Of a stretch of 64,000 nucleotides of DNA, positions 22,301-33,585 are shown piece after piece. The notes under the pieces were generated by a model, which did no database searches, had not been told where the DNA came from, and saw only the letters and a list, made by a program, of their open reading frames with translations. The DNA is from a virus (lineage: Duplodnaviria; Heunggongvirae; Uroviricota; Caudoviricetes). Both the position numbers and the translations under genes were made by a program. The stretch lies in the IMG/VR virus record IMGVR_UViG_3300017747_005082, positions 9,618 to 73,617 of that record; one strand, written 5' to 3'. The stretch's first letter is position 1. The number at the start of each line of letters is the position of its first letter.

Positions 22301-24851
22301 ATGAAGATGATAATCCCCCAGATATAAAAGTTTCAATATTAGATGGATGCACAGAATAAAATCTTGATTCACTAATTATATCTAATTCTGATCCTAAAGG
22401 TAATCTAAAAACTAAATTTTCATATGAACTAGTTTCATTAAATTGAGAAAAAGATTTTGGATTTAAAATATGATCAGTAAAATTATTTATTGGAATAGAG
22501 TTAATCCAATATCTAAATTCTTGTAATGAACCTGAAAATGCATTATTTACTGATCCTCCTCCAAATAATAAACTTCCAGTACTATTCCATGTTTTATTAT
22601 ATGAGCTCGAAGTTGAACCATTAATATAAATAGAGCTAGAATATATATTTTGTATACCATATTCGTCTTTATTCCCTATGGTTAAAGTATAAGTGTTATT
22701 TATAGAATCATTTCCTATTTGGATACTTCCAGTTTCTCTACTTATATTTACATTCCACCAATCACCATTATATAAAGGTAATCTTAAAGACGAAGATACT
22801 AATTGTGTATTGTTATCAGCATTTTTTAATATAAATTTAATATCTCCTAAAGTACCAGTAACAAAAGTTGTAGTAAGTAATACTCCAGTATTATTAGCTT
22901 CTAATAAAGATTGAGTAAAATTACTTACAGGATCTGGGTAATTTTTAAATCTGAATTCTATAGTATCATGAACTATATTATCAAATCCTGTATTAATATA
23001 TTGCTGATTTAAACCTCTCCAAGGAATAGTTAATATATTTAGAGAATTTAAATATAAACTATAATTAAATTTTTCTACATTTTGTTCTATTAAATCTAAT
23101 TCTTTGATAACTCCACCAAATTCTTTTACATCTAAAATAGTTTCGGGGATACCAAAACAATTGATTAAAGCGCGTAACCCTTTTTCTGTACCACGTGACT
23201 TAAGTAGGTAAGGTAAATTGTGATAAACGCGTTTATATGTTGATTTTACGATATCATTTGACGGTATAGTATAGTTAGAAGCAGTAATATAATTATCTAT
23301 TTTATAAGATCCAGTGTATGGAAGAAAAGTACCATCAGGATTAACTCCTAAAATAGAAGAATATATATTTTCATTATTTCTTGAATTAGTATATAATTTA
23401 ATACCAAACGATCTTAAAGCATCTGCTACTAAATCTTTAGAAATACCAAACTTAAGTCTATTATCAGCTACATTTTTATTTGTTATATCTTTAATATAAG
23501 TCCAAATATAATCAAAATGTTGACCCATCATAGCCACCATTAGCTCTAATTTATTATTTTGAGGATCATATTTTATATATTCAGGTAAATTATTCCAAAT
23601 ATAATCTCTATTTTGATAATCATAAGTAGATGCTTCTAATACAATTCCCCCATAATATATAGATGCTTCATCTTCAGAACCTAACCATGTTATAGATTGA
23701 ATAGAATTAACATCATCGTTTATATATGGTCTTATTGAATTTAATTTTGGAAAACTATTAGAACCTGATTCATAGAATAAGAAATTTTCATACCCATCAA
23801 AATTTTGAGTGATATTATTAATTTGGTTTTTTAATGTTAATATAGAATTATTAATACTTCCACTATCTATAGAAGAAGTTAAATTTGTAATTATATTTAA
23901 ATCACTTTCTAACTTTTGTATTTGTGTTAATTTATATATAAAATTATTTACTCTTTCTCTTGCTGAAGAAAAATGGATGAAATTAGAAAAACTATTATAA
24001 TCAATATTAATATCAATATTATCTTTAATTATTGATTGTAATTGATTATATGATGATGTTAAATCAGTACTTAATATATTAGATATATTTAAATATGGAG
24101 TTGTAGTACTAATTTGGTTATTAATCTCAATATTAAAATTAGGCCCTCTTAATTGGGAAACTGTACTATTTCCTTCAACAATAACTTCACCATTAATTCT
24201 AAAAGAATAAGGTTCAGAAATTATTTCTGCTAGCCAAAATGTAGATTTTATTTGATAGTTAGAAGGTAATGGTTCATATAATTTTATATAAAGACTAGGA
24301 ATAGAAGTATTATCATTATCTAAAGCAATGTTAACTCCTATTATACTTTCATTTTGACCAAAATTTAATATAAAATCGGAATAAAAATTTCTTTGATTTC
24401 TATTTACTATAAATTCAACATATAAAGATTGAAGAGTTAAATAATCAATATTATTAGTAGTTATTTTTAATTCTGTTCTATCATTAGATATTTCTTTTAT
24501 AAAGAAATTAGAATTAATTGAACTACTAAATAATAATCTATTAAAATTATATAATAAATCAAATTGACCTTTATCATAACCATATTCAAGTAAATCATCC
24601 TCTGGAGATATCTCTATAGTATTATATAGAGATGAATTATCAATTACATTTTTATTTTTATAATTTTTATAATTATAATTAGATTCCAGTACCTCTCCAT
24701 TAGGAGATATTATATGAAATTCTATTATATCATTTACATTCCCAAATTCCTTATTTATATTAATTGGAGATAATAAATTAGTATCATCTGATTTATAATT
24801 TTGAGAAATATATTGATTTGAATCTATATTTTGTATTTGGAATTCTTCCAT
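19389..24851 (-). CDS. large baseplate/tail protein with LamG-like and beta/gamma-crystallin-like domains
   Basis: 1820 aa; LLKSRGTEKGLRALINCFG wedge-like segment; TIEFRFK...FSGSLQEFRYW; FYRNTNYTG...NDNVRSIKVP. Confidence 0.65.
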   Translation of the reverse strand: MEEFQIQNIDSNQYISQNYKSDDTNLLSPININKEFGNVNDIIEFHIISPNGEVLESNYNYKNYKNKNVIDNSSLYNTIEISPEDDLLEYGYDKGQFDLLYNFNRLLFSSSINSNFFIKEISNDRTELKITTNNIDYLTLQSLYVEFIVNRNQRNFYSDFILNFGQNESIIGVNIALDNDNTSIPSLYIKLYEPLPSNYQIKSTFWLAEIISEPYSFRINGEVIVEGNSTVSQLRGPNFNIEINNQISTTTPYLNISNILSTDLTSSYNQLQSIIKDNIDINIDYNSFSNFIHFSSARERVNNFIYKLTQIQKLESDLNIITNLTSSIDSGSINNSILTLKNQINNITQNFDGYENFLFYESGSNSFPKLNSIRPYINDDVNSIQSITWLGSEDEASIYYGGIVLEASTYDYQNRDYIWNNLPEYIKYDPQNNKLELMVAMMGQHFDYIWTYIKDITNKNVADNRLKFGISKDLVADALRSFGIKLYTNSRNNENIYSSILGVNPDGTFLPYTGSYKIDNYITASNYTIPSNDIVKSTYKRVYHNLPYLLKSRGTEKGLRALINCFGIPETILDVKEFGGVIKELDLIEQNVEKFNYSLYLNSLNILTIPWRGLNQQYINTGFDNIVHDTIEFRFKNYPDPVSNFTQSLLEANNTGVLLTTTFVTGTLGDIKFILKNADNNTQLVSSSLRLPLYNGDWWNVNISRETGSIQIGNDSINNTYTLTIGNKDEYGIQNIYSSSIYINGSTSSSYNKTWNSTGSLLFGGGSVNNAFSGSLQEFRYWINSIPINNFTDHILNPKSFSQFNETSSYENLVFRLPLGSELDIISESRFYSVHPSNIETFISGGLSSSYAVNSNPSFIRYIPNYEQYLVNSPNGGSFIESNEKIKIIETETLPDNTLSPNVSIVKKQKYNQVKNSSKLEIAISPQNSINDDIIKQLGNFNLDEYIGDPRDANKLTYPKLDELRSFYFKKYLEKQDIFDIIKLLSYLDNSLFKMIKDYVPAKANLSSGLVIKPHILERNKVQKFEPVVESKYMETEIQTAFITGSNGLNSTIDSSNTKYYNTEIGIVAKVSTDNKELYNGELSDSEIEVYKLPSTNIVYELNKIKLENEEISKNYSKLIFDPILNNVEKARTSKKYFNVDYNGNINIPVNLNYITSSLFDNVNNEVINADIQESNYTLKRYTQPRYLGSKLISKEYNIYNIGDISYGKNPVINKNNNKFVYFEEMTSQSLTLPGRTNAYIKYLIDENSNITELTRQNKNLFDIQSIFNVNKADVLLDDNQNPSNQKILDGLKPIFAGGFRYETVLQNLSTTTSTHNSLEYTFLNDIPIQNISGSEVTSPLANEDLSINFLSLQSNPTITPGLNTLSNTLQSNLNSRILVNVTRNTLYPGQIIQKVTGSVSFITKVSPPTNLITRFYRNTNYTGVEYLLEPGVYNNFNNDPDFPGFNDNVRSIKVPAGIKADIYRHPNLDTLINSFTGPTQNPNIVNPLTNGVTSANLMVLSTSASFNISNKLNSFGNVPTSNIPEGNYPIESANNLEIIINFNIEGIIILPDGVNSGNIELRDINNNIGNIRATVNLTKTGVNNIQFTELPQSNQNAFARIGTPFIYTSPPDYIYITGSLDYGFNSGSAPINNWYFERGNSDTNGSNYNLLTGSFYLSDIIYNRILNEGNQFIQTSPLFSPLGYEEIETIFHLKVGDLVRFYNNDRRSFPINFENEIKAIHFPQSQPISSSYDNRLVIELTNSIPNQACLDYSESGSLAKNIQNFIMLSKISDETNLVLNTSKKPGATSSGIILPNNISDNVKNKAGNIIKQLKNQNLI

Positions 24852-24857
24852 CCTTTA

Positions 24858-25193
24858 TTATTGGGTTAAATCATTTATTGTTTGTTGTGCTTCCAATAGT
24901 TCTAGTCTTAGTTGATTAATTTCATCTAATAATAAATCTATTTCATCAGTATTTTGGGTTTCCCCTACATATTCTGTACTTCTTTTAATTAATTCTTTAT
25001 GTGAATTAATTTCTCCATCTATAGGTATTTCAAAAAATAAGGTATTATATAATTCAAAAAATTCATCTACTGTTGGAGTAGGAATTGAAATGGATGAAGA
25101 AGGTTGAATAAGTTGACTAAATTCAATGTCTATAACTTTTGGGTAGTCTCCTTTATCATATACCGTTTTATTTAGTTTAATAACTTCTACCAT
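24858..25193 (-). CDS. hypothetical structural-module protein
   Basis: 111 aa with a C-terminal coiled coil. Confidence 0.5.
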   Translation of the reverse strand: MVEVIKLNKTVYDKGDYPKVIDIEFSQLIQPSSSISIPTPTVDEFFELYNTLFFEIPIDGEINSHKELIKRSTEYVGETQNTDEIDLLLDEINQLRLELLEAQQTINDLTQ

Positions 25194-26209
25194 TATCTAG
25201 TTACTTTAAAATAATTATTATTGTTTTCTATTATTACTATATCTTCATTTATTGTAGTTTTTATTAAAATTTGATAATATCTCTCAGGTTGTAAACCATT
25301 CATATATATAGTAAAATAATTTCCATTATCATCTCCTCCTATTTTAGTACCCAAAGAATGATAATCTATAACTATTTCCTCAGTCTTCATATCTTTTAAA
25401 GCCCAAAATGATTCTTCGGGCAATATTTTATTATTTAAATATAATGAACTAGTTTGGAACTGCCTAATAGGATATAAATCTCTTGATTTAATTCTAAATG
25501 TATATATACTATCTTCTTCAAATTCACTTCTATTATTTATAATATTAGAAACAAATAAAGTATTATTTATTAAAGGTAATGATGAAGAATAAGATACATC
25601 ATTCCAATATAATTCTAAATGTGGAGGATAAATAGTATGAGTATCCATTGAAAAAAATTGAGCAAAATAATTTAATGATGAAGACTCAGAGATATTATCA
25701 AATTTTAATAATAATCCATAATTATTTATATCATTATTATTCCATCCTAATACCATATCTGTTACATTACAATTAATATCTTTTGTAGAAGTATAATTAA
25801 ATGATTGAGATGTTACATATTGAGATGGGACTGATAGCCATTCATTCCATGGGATGTTTGGGGAATTAGGGTTTGGGTAATTCCAACATGCTCCATTTTG
25901 GGGATTATGGAAATCACCTTCTCTGCCCGTACCCATTATCCAACTTTGAGATAAAGGACTTATAACAAAAGAAAAATTATCAGGTATTTGGTATGAATTC
26001 GCTAAAAACAGTTTTAAACTTGATGAAAATGCATTATTTGATAATGATATATATTGAGATATTTCATCAGTATCAAATTGGATTAATGCTCTAGATGTTG
26101 AGTCTAATCCTGTTCTAATATCAAGAATTTCATCTCTACCATAATTTGAAAATGGATTATGAGATGAAATAAATGTATCTTTTATTGGAAAAATTTTTAC
26201 TACAGCCAT
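25193..26209 (-). CDS. DNRLRE-like beta-sandwich structural protein
   Basis: DTFIS..NYG...RALIQFD...NYGLLLK...F.S...YPPHL pattern. Confidence 0.5.
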   Translation of the reverse strand: MAVVKIFPIKDTFISSHNPFSNYGRDEILDIRTGLDSTSRALIQFDTDEISQYISLSNNAFSSSLKLFLANSYQIPDNFSFVISPLSQSWIMGTGREGDFHNPQNGACWNYPNPNSPNIPWNEWLSVPSQYVTSQSFNYTSTKDINCNVTDMVLGWNNNDINNYGLLLKFDNISESSSLNYFAQFFSMDTHTIYPPHLELYWNDVSYSSSLPLINNTLFVSNIINNRSEFEEDSIYTFRIKSRDLYPIRQFQTSSLYLNNKILPEESFWALKDMKTEEIVIDYHSLGTKIGGDDNGNYFTIYMNGLQPERYYQILIKTTINEDIVIIENNNNYFKVTR

Positions 26210-26242
26210 ATTTTATATTATATAGCTATAAATATCCATGAA

Positions 26243-28084
26243 TTAAAAACTAACTGTTCTACCTTGAATATCAATAGAAGGATATTTTATTTCAAATATA
26301 CTAGGATCTAATGATGGATATATTATTCCATTAATAGTAGCAGATTTAATATCATATCCATATTTAGAATAACCATTTTCCTCCCCATTTTTATTATATA
26401 TTTCTATATTTTTAACAGTTTGAACTCCATCTACTTTATCTAATAAATTATAAATTTCTGATATAATAATAGGATCATTTATTTTCCATTTATCTATATT
26501 AAAATATGTAGTTAATTCTTGTAAACATGAATTAATTACCAGTCTGTTATTATAATTAGGTCTTAAAGTAATATCGAAATTAATTCCAATATTTATTATA
26601 AAAGCATCTTTAATATTAACAGCATCTGTTTCAGATTTATATTCAGTTAAATATGTTTGTAGATTTGTTTTTAAGGCTAAATCAGCTATAGCTAGATTGT
26701 TATTAATATCTTTTGATAAAATATAAAGAGATAATAAATTAGAATCTCCATCTCCATTAAATGAATCTTTGTTTATAAATGATTTAGAAATTAATCCAAA
26801 ATCAGGAGGTAATGATAAAGTTCTAATTAAATAATCATCACTTGTAACTGCTCTTAATTGAGTAGGATATGATGATAAAGTTTTTAATCTAAGGTCATCA
26901 TTAGAATCTCCATCTCCACCGCCAACTCCAGGTGTTTCATTATTAAATGATAATGAATTTATAATAGTGTTAGATAATTGTGGATCTAAATTATTATTTA
27001 AAAAAGACACATTCCCAGATGATAATATATTTAATGTACTCGATGGAGTATTAGCTTCAGCACCTCCTCCTACTAAATATTTAACAGTTAATTCTGTATT
27101 AGAAGGTGATATTCCATAAGTATTTGTATATAAAAAGTTAGATGGATCAAAAGCCGTTTCTAATTTAGATACTCCATAAGGTAATCCTAATCCTATATTT
27201 TCAAAATTTGGAATTATTTCTTCATCAGGTGATGAAGAAACTCCAGACCCAAATTGTATTTCTAATTGATTATTAGATTTAAATCTAGATACAAATCTTT
27301 TAGGTACTTTTTTTAAACTTAATAAATATGGAGTTGTTGTTTTATTTAATTGAAGATTATTTTGATTATTTGGAATTTTATCAAATATTGTTTCTTGAGC
27401 TAAGTAAGGTACTTCATACCATCTTTCATTATTACTATCTGTTATTTCTAATATTTTGATTATTTTAGAATCATTAATAGTAATAGTTTTAAATTGTTCA
27501 GGTTCAGTAAATTGAAAATTTAAAGATTTAATTTCTCCAGAATAAGCTTTAGCCTGTTTTTTTAATAAATAAAATTCTGGAATTTGATTACCATCAAAAG
27601 AATATATACTTACTTCAGTTGGATCAAAAGATCCTGATTTATTAAATTCTACTTTATTTTCAATGAAAAATTTGATAGAAGGATTTAATGAAGATTGAAT
27701 TTGTGTATTTTCCTCTAATATTAATGAATAAGTAAAATCAGGAAATACTGAACCTGATATATTAATTGATGGTACTAATTGATAAATATCTATTATAGTA
27801 TTAGATACTGTTGTGACTTGAGGTTTATAACCTAAGACATATGCTTGGGAAATTAAGTTTTTTCTTTGTTTTGAAAATTGAAGAAAATTTTCTTGTATTT
27901 GATTATCTTGATATAAAGATAAAACATCACCAATATATGATGACATTTCTATTAACATCATCCCAGGAGATGCTTCAGAAAAATCATTATAAGTATTAGG
28001 GTAATAAGTTTTAGCAAAATTAATTAATTTTGCCTTATACGCATTAAAATCTTTATTTATATAATTTATATTTTTTTCAGTCAT
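26243..28084 (-). CDS. baseplate wedge protein (T4 gp6 / baseplate J-like)
   Basis: DFSEASPGMMLIE, YLVGGG.EAN, GGGDGDS...QLRAVT..DY. Confidence 0.85.
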   Translation of the reverse strand: MTEKNINYINKDFNAYKAKLINFAKTYYPNTYNDFSEASPGMMLIEMSSYIGDVLSLYQDNQIQENFLQFSKQRKNLISQAYVLGYKPQVTTVSNTIIDIYQLVPSINISGSVFPDFTYSLILEENTQIQSSLNPSIKFFIENKVEFNKSGSFDPTEVSIYSFDGNQIPEFYLLKKQAKAYSGEIKSLNFQFTEPEQFKTITINDSKIIKILEITDSNNERWYEVPYLAQETIFDKIPNNQNNLQLNKTTTPYLLSLKKVPKRFVSRFKSNNQLEIQFGSGVSSSPDEEIIPNFENIGLGLPYGVSKLETAFDPSNFLYTNTYGISPSNTELTVKYLVGGGAEANTPSSTLNILSSGNVSFLNNNLDPQLSNTIINSLSFNNETPGVGGGDGDSNDDLRLKTLSSYPTQLRAVTSDDYLIRTLSLPPDFGLISKSFINKDSFNGDGDSNLLSLYILSKDINNNLAIADLALKTNLQTYLTEYKSETDAVNIKDAFIINIGINFDITLRPNYNNRLVINSCLQELTTYFNIDKWKINDPIIISEIYNLLDKVDGVQTVKNIEIYNKNGEENGYSKYGYDIKSATINGIIYPSLDPSIFEIKYPSIDIQGRTVSF

Positions 28085-28484
28085 TACTAAAAGTTAATTG
28101 TATATCATCTGTAATATTTGTATTTATTACAGAATATCTAAAATATATAGTTATTGTATTATTATCAGGAGTTATGGATAATTCTTCTAATTTTATATTA
28201 GGAAAATAATTTTTAATATAACTATAAATTATATTTTCTATATTTTCTAAAGTATTATTATTCATTTGCTCAAATATTTGATTTCGTATTCCCGAACCAA
28301 AATTAGGATTCATTATCCTTTCTCTAGTTCCTGTTAATAAAAAATTTAATAAATTAGCTCTAATAGATTCTTTAGTATTATATGTTATATTTAATCCAGT
28401 AGCACCATCAAAAGGTATATTTATTCCAATACCCTTACTAGGTTGGAGATCTAATGGATTAATATTTTGAACTATATAATTCAT
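28077..28484 (-). CDS. baseplate wedge/sheath-initiator protein (gp25/GPW-like)
   Basis: NLLNFLLTG..ERIMNPNFGS motif. Confidence 0.85.
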   Translation of the reverse strand: MNYIVQNINPLDLQPSKGIGINIPFDGATGLNITYNTKESIRANLLNFLLTGTRERIMNPNFGSGIRNQIFEQMNNNTLENIENIIYSYIKNYFPNIKLEELSITPDNNTITIYFRYSVINTNITDDIQLTFSND

Positions 28485-30618
28485 TAATCTTCACTTTTAT
28501 TTAAGACTTTCATAAAATTTGAAAAATCAGGAACTACATCAATATCTACTTGATTTATATCTTGTACTCCTTTATTTTGAACTAACATATCATTAACAGT
28601 TCCTACTTTTACATCTGTCATAGGATTAGGAATATTTCCACTAAATCCACTTACATTATCTGTTTTAAAATTACCTATACTTTGCCAATCTTCTCCAGTC
28701 ATATTACTTTTTGTTTCATTTAATAAATCAATAAGTGGATTATCTGATGAATTAGATTCCTTTTTGGGTTTTTTATTTTGTGGTTCCAATTGATTAATTG
28801 GTTGTTTTAATTCAATTAATTTATTTTCCACTAATGAAGGAATAAATTCTTCTTTTAGAACTTCCCTCATACATTCTTTTAATAAATTTTTAAATTGTGT
28901 TACTTTCATGACTATAAATATTTTAATTTCTAATTTCTACTAATAGTAATATTATTATTTATTATTCTGATATTAAATTTATCAGAATAAGTATATTTAA
29001 ATGCAGATTCTATTTCTTCTGGAGTATATCCTTTTTTAAGTAAAGAATCTGCTAATAATTTTAATCGATTTTGTAGTAAAATACTACCTAATGATGAGTT
29101 ATTATATTGGTTAGAAATAATATTAGCTACTCTTTTTATTTGTTCAACTCTTTTTGGATTGGGATTTATATTATCTCCACTTACGGAATCATATATTTTT
29201 TTATCTTCTGGATTATTTTGAATTTGGTTATATAAAGTTTCATTAATTTCATTTTCCTTAATAACAGCTTCTTCTAAAGATACAGTATCCATACCAATTT
29301 GGGATAATAATATTGAAGTTTCTTCATTAGTGATATTATCTGTTCCATTATCTGATGTTCCCATTTCAGATTTAGAATCTATATAATATTGTCCTTCTTT
29401 TATTAAAATTTGATCATCATTAGAAAAAGTAGGGGTACTTTCATATTCAATGATATCTTGGGAGTTAGTTACAATTACTCTTCTTCTAATTAATGATGTA
29501 TTATTATCTGTTGTTTCTTCTTTAATAATAGATATGTTATATCCTTTATATGAAGAAGTATTAATATTATCTCTAACTGAAGGGAATAATTCATCTAATA
29601 AAATAATATCATTATTTAATGTTGTTATAGCATCACTAATATTACCTAATAAGTCACTATTAGTAAAGTAAGGGCAAGCTGAAATATTTTCATATAATTG
29701 GTTTAGTCCAATTAATAATATAAAAATTTCATTTCTTATTCTTTTAATCTGTTTTATTACTGATGTAGAAAGAAATATAGATACACTATTTAGTAGTTTT
29801 TCCAGATCACTAATATCAGATTCAAATTTAGCTACTTTAGTTGATGAAGTAACAATAGCTCCAGATGTCATATATTTCGCTGGCATTGGGAGTTTTTGGA
29901 TTATTCTTGATGATATTTTGAATACTTTAATTAAAACATTTATAGCTTTAATTATTTTATTCATTAATATAATTATATTTTGTATTTGAACAATAGATTT
30001 ATCAACTTTGATTACTAATTTAATTAATTTTAATAAATCATTTCTAAATTGTTCAGGTCTAATTATATTACGTAATTGTCTATTTAATGAATCTGCTTGA
30101 CTAGATAGTAAAGCTTCAGTTAAATTAATAGGATTTGATAAAGGAATTAATCTATTAGTAAAAGATTTTATTAATGTTTTTTTATCATTATTAGATAATA
30201 AAGTATTTGTAATGACTAAAGAATCATTCAAATCTTGTATCAATTTAGTTAATCCATCAGCTCCCGGGATTATATCTTTTAATTCCTCAGGCAATATTAA
30301 ATCTTCTAAAGATAATCTTAATTCTTCAATATCATCCGGTAAAGTATTAGTATTATTATTTAATTCTAGTTTTTTAGTAGAAGTATTAATAAATACAGTA
30401 ACTTTTTTTCCATATTCTTTTAATAAATTATCTATTAATCCTTCGGGAGGTAAAGCTCTTGTTAGAATATATCCTAAAGGGTTACAAAAATCTACAGAAT
30501 TTAATTCTCTTACAACTTCATTAATTTGAAATAATACATCAAGGATATTTTCCGTAATATTATTTATCTTTTTAGGAGATTTATCCAATAATATATTAGA
30601 AAATTTGGTTGTTGTCAT
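28484..30618 (-). other. two hypothetical structural-module CDS (28484-28909, 28930-30618)
   Basis: Long minus-strand ORFs inside baseplate operon. Confidence 0.55.
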
Positions 30619-30621
30619 TTA

Positions 30622-31038
30622 TTATAAAGTAAAATTTTGTGTTGAATTTAAATTTTTTAGTAATATTTTTATTCTTTTCATAGAATATATTAAACTATTA
30701 CCAGCAGTTTGTACTGATGGAATAGGATTTCCATTACTATCAGTAGCTGTAAATAATTGATCACCAACATTTTCCAAATTAGAAAATAAAGTTTCTAATA
30801 TATTTTTTAATTGATTTCCTTTTACTAAAGGTTCTTCAGCATTTAAACCTAATTGTATATTGGAAGAATTTATAATAACATTTTTTTCAGTATTTAAATG
30901 TATTCCTTCATTAGAAGATAGTCCTATAACTTTGTTTGAAAATAAAAATATAGAATCATTTTTAGAATTAATTAAAACTCTATCTGAATTAAATACTATT
31001 TGATTCCCATTATATGGAAATTGTGGTGTATATGCCAT
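30622..31038 (-). CDS. baseplate spike/hub-associated protein (gp5 C-terminal-like)
   Basis: Beta-helix-like repeats, IQLG.NAEEPLVKG. Confidence 0.55.
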   Translation of the reverse strand: MAYTPQFPYNGNQIVFNSDRVLINSKNDSIFLFSNKVIGLSSNEGIHLNTEKNVIINSSNIQLGLNAEEPLVKGNQLKNILETLFSNLENVGDQLFTATDSNGNPIPSVQTAGNSLIYSMKRIKILLKNLNSTQNFTL

Positions 31039-31838
31039 TATTGAAAATTATTACTATCAAGAATTTGTAATGAAGAATTAAAACTATTAGATAAAGTCAC
31101 ATTAAATGATTTTAAATTTTTAGAACCTAATTCTAGAGGTAGTTCTTGACCAGAAGTCAAATATATAGATGAATCATCTCCATTTATATCTTCATATATA
31201 GGAGTCCATGGAGATGAATTATTTTGTATTACTTGCCCATTTCTAATAATAATTATAGGTTTTCCATTTTCACCTGTATCACTCCAAGGATTTCTATTAT
31301 TTTTTTTATTTGAAGTTGATGATAATCTAATTGAATTCCCAAATCTTCCTTCAACTAAAACATCTCCCTCTTCAGGTAAAAGATTTCTTATACCTTCCTT
31401 TTCTTTAAAAATATTCCCTAGATTTAAATCTTTAGGATCAAATTCATAATTAGGAATATCAGGAAATGAGTTATGATGAATACTATTCCATATACCTATA
31501 GGAAATGGGAAATAATAAAAATCAGTAGCATTTGGGTTATCATTTAATTTATTCGAAGGGGCATTTAATATAAGAACTATTTCCTCTTTTATAGGATATT
31601 GTTTTATATTAGTATATAAAGGCTTAGCATATAATATAGAAACATTATTAGTATCAACTGATTTATATAATGGTTTAAATTGAATTAAACCTATATCAGC
31701 CCATCCTTCTGATTTTTCAAAGAATGGTTGATCATTAGATAATAAGATATCCTTAACTCTAGCAGGAAATAATACATTAAATGACTTAGATGTTTTATCT
31801 GAATTATTTCTTTTTGATAAAGATGGATATTTACTCAT
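31038..31838 (-). CDS. baseplate hub protein (gp5 N-terminal-like)
   Basis: YPIKEEIVLI and EGDVLVEGRFGNSIRL motifs. Confidence 0.6.
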   Translation of the reverse strand: MSKYPSLSKRNNSDKTSKSFNVLFPARVKDILLSNDQPFFEKSEGWADIGLIQFKPLYKSVDTNNVSILYAKPLYTNIKQYPIKEEIVLILNAPSNKLNDNPNATDFYYFPFPIGIWNSIHHNSFPDIPNYEFDPKDLNLGNIFKEKEGIRNLLPEEGDVLVEGRFGNSIRLSSTSNKKNNRNPWSDTGENGKPIIIIRNGQVIQNNSSPWTPIYEDINGDDSSIYLTSGQELPLELGSKNLKSFNVTLSNSFNSSLQILDSNNFQ

Positions 31839-32176
31839 TATACTATTTTTAGTTTATCAACCTCTTTCATTAATTGTTCTTTTTCATCTTCAGATAATTC
31901 AAAATCTGACCCATCTGCTTTTTTCCCAGCAGCCATAGCTTTTTGAACTATCATAGCCATTTTGATTAAATTATCATCATTTTTAACAGCTACATCAATA
32001 TAAGATTTAATTAAAGGTACTATAATTACAGCGTCACCAGCAGTTTGAATTAAAGGTTTTAAATCAGAAATTAATTTTTTTAATTCCTGTTCTTTATCTT
32101 GTTGATTACTATGTATTTCTTTTAAAACATCAGAAAATGTTTTCTTACCATATAATTTAATTTCATTAAAATCCAT
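31838..32176 (-). CDS. hypothetical protein
   Basis: 112-aa helical ORF. Confidence 0.55.
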   Translation of the reverse strand: MDFNEIKLYGKKTFSDVLKEIHSNQQDKEQELKKLISDLKPLIQTAGDAVIIVPLIKSYIDVAVKNDDNLIKMAMIVQKAMAAGKKADGSDFELSEDEKEQLMKEVDKLKIV

Positions 32177-32191
32177 TGTATTTATATTTTA

Positions 32192-32380
32192 TTATAAATA
32201 TGAAAAAGTAAAACCTTTTAATGTATTACCTCCATATTTTCCATTTAAAAATCTCCTGATAGAACCAATTACTAAATTCATTTCATTACTACAATCTTCT
32301 ACACTTTTATAAATTATACCAGTTTCATTACATATTAATATTTTTGGTTTAACTCCCCAAAAACATTTAGTTAATTTCAC
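32192..32380 (-). CDS. small NUMOD1-like DNA-binding protein (homing-endonuclease remnant)
   Basis: ILICNETGIIYKSVEDCS...I...L.G...GFTFSY. Confidence 0.5.
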   Translation of the reverse strand: MKLTKCFWGVKPKILICNETGIIYKSVEDCSNEMNLVIGSIRRFLNGKYGGNTLKGFTFSYL

Positions 32381-32477
32381 CTTCTTTCCTATATTATTCT
32401 GTTTTTTTATAATTTTAAAATTTTTATAACTATTAATAGAGGAAGATAAACATTTAGTAATAATATTGAAAATTCTG

Positions 32478-33227
32478 TCAAAAATTAAGACTTATAAACC
32501 CATATTCTAAATATTGATTTTTTAATCGATTATATATTTTCTTTATTTTCTTCATAATTTTCGTTACTTGAGTAGTCTCTTGATGAGTCATTTCTCGAAT
32601 GTAAATATATAAAGCTTTTTTATCAAAAATATCTATATTTTCTCTATTTTTGAATAATTCCATTATTGCATTACAAGATTTTAAATCTTCTTCTTCAGGA
32701 AATATATATTTTTCATATCGATTCATATATTCAATAAACATTTCAATACAATAATTTTCATCATTAAATGGCTGTTCATTAGGATTAGGATTATTTAATA
32801 AATCTATAACAATACTTTTATCTTCATCAATATTATCTAATCCTTCAATACCTAAAACTTTTTTATATGCTTTATTATTTTCATTAATAAGATATCTTAA
32901 AGTTATAGTACCAAAATAAGAATATGCAGCTCCTTTAGATTGTGTATATTTTGATAATTTTTCTAAAAGAAAACAAATACATTCCTGCTGTATATCTTCA
33001 ACTGAACCATCTAAATATGGAAATTTATATGTGTTAATGATATTTTGGGTTAGTTTGAAAAAAGGATAATCTATCCTTGTTCTATATATTTTATTTCGGT
33101 TATTTTGATTATCCGAAGCTACATATTCTAAAATGGCTTCCTCAGTATCTTTAGTGAAATAGTATATTTTTTGTTTTGGTTTTCTTTTACGTGGCGTTCC
33201 TTTTTTTGTAAGTTCTAATGTTTCCAT
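32478..33227 (-). CDS. sigma-factor-like protein (possible late sigma)
   Basis: DIQQECICFLLEKLSKY...GAAYSYFGTI resembles sigma region 2. Confidence 0.5.
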   Translation of the reverse strand: METLELTKKGTPRKRKPKQKIYYFTKDTEEAILEYVASDNQNNRNKIYRTRIDYPFFKLTQNIINTYKFPYLDGSVEDIQQECICFLLEKLSKYTQSKGAAYSYFGTITLRYLINENNKAYKKVLGIEGLDNIDEDKSIVIDLLNNPNPNEQPFNDENYCIEMFIEYMNRYEKYIFPEEEDLKSCNAIMELFKNRENIDIFDKKALYIYIREMTHQETTQVTKIMKKIKKIYNRLKNQYLEYGFISLNF

Positions 33228-33294
33228 AATTTTTATAGACTCAAATAGAGGATTCTTTTGGAATCCTCTTCTCGAGTTATTTTTTAGTTTAATA

Positions 33295-33585
33295 TTATTT
33301 CATAAATTTAATATACTCTGATAATTGTTCTTGGAGGCCTTTAATAGACGTAAAAAAGAATCCTATTTCATCATCGCTTTGGAATATTTGAGCTTTATCT
33401 ATTTCTTTAATTTTTCTTTCAGTCATAGAAATAGTTTCATACATTTGCTCCAAATATTTATTTTGTTTTTCTACAATTTCTTGTAGTTTTTTATTTTTAA
33501 TAAAAGTATTTCTAACAATCCAAATTCCTAAAATTAATAATATAATAAATACTTGTATTAATAAAAAAAATCCTATATCTCCCAT
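33295..33585 (-). CDS. membrane-anchored coiled-coil protein
   Basis: N-terminal TM segment followed by heptads. Confidence 0.5.
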   Translation of the reverse strand: MGDIGFFLLIQVFIILLILGIWIVRNTFIKNKKLQEIVEKQNKYLEQMYETISMTERKIKEIDKAQIFQSDDEIGFFFTSIKGLQEQLSEYIKFMK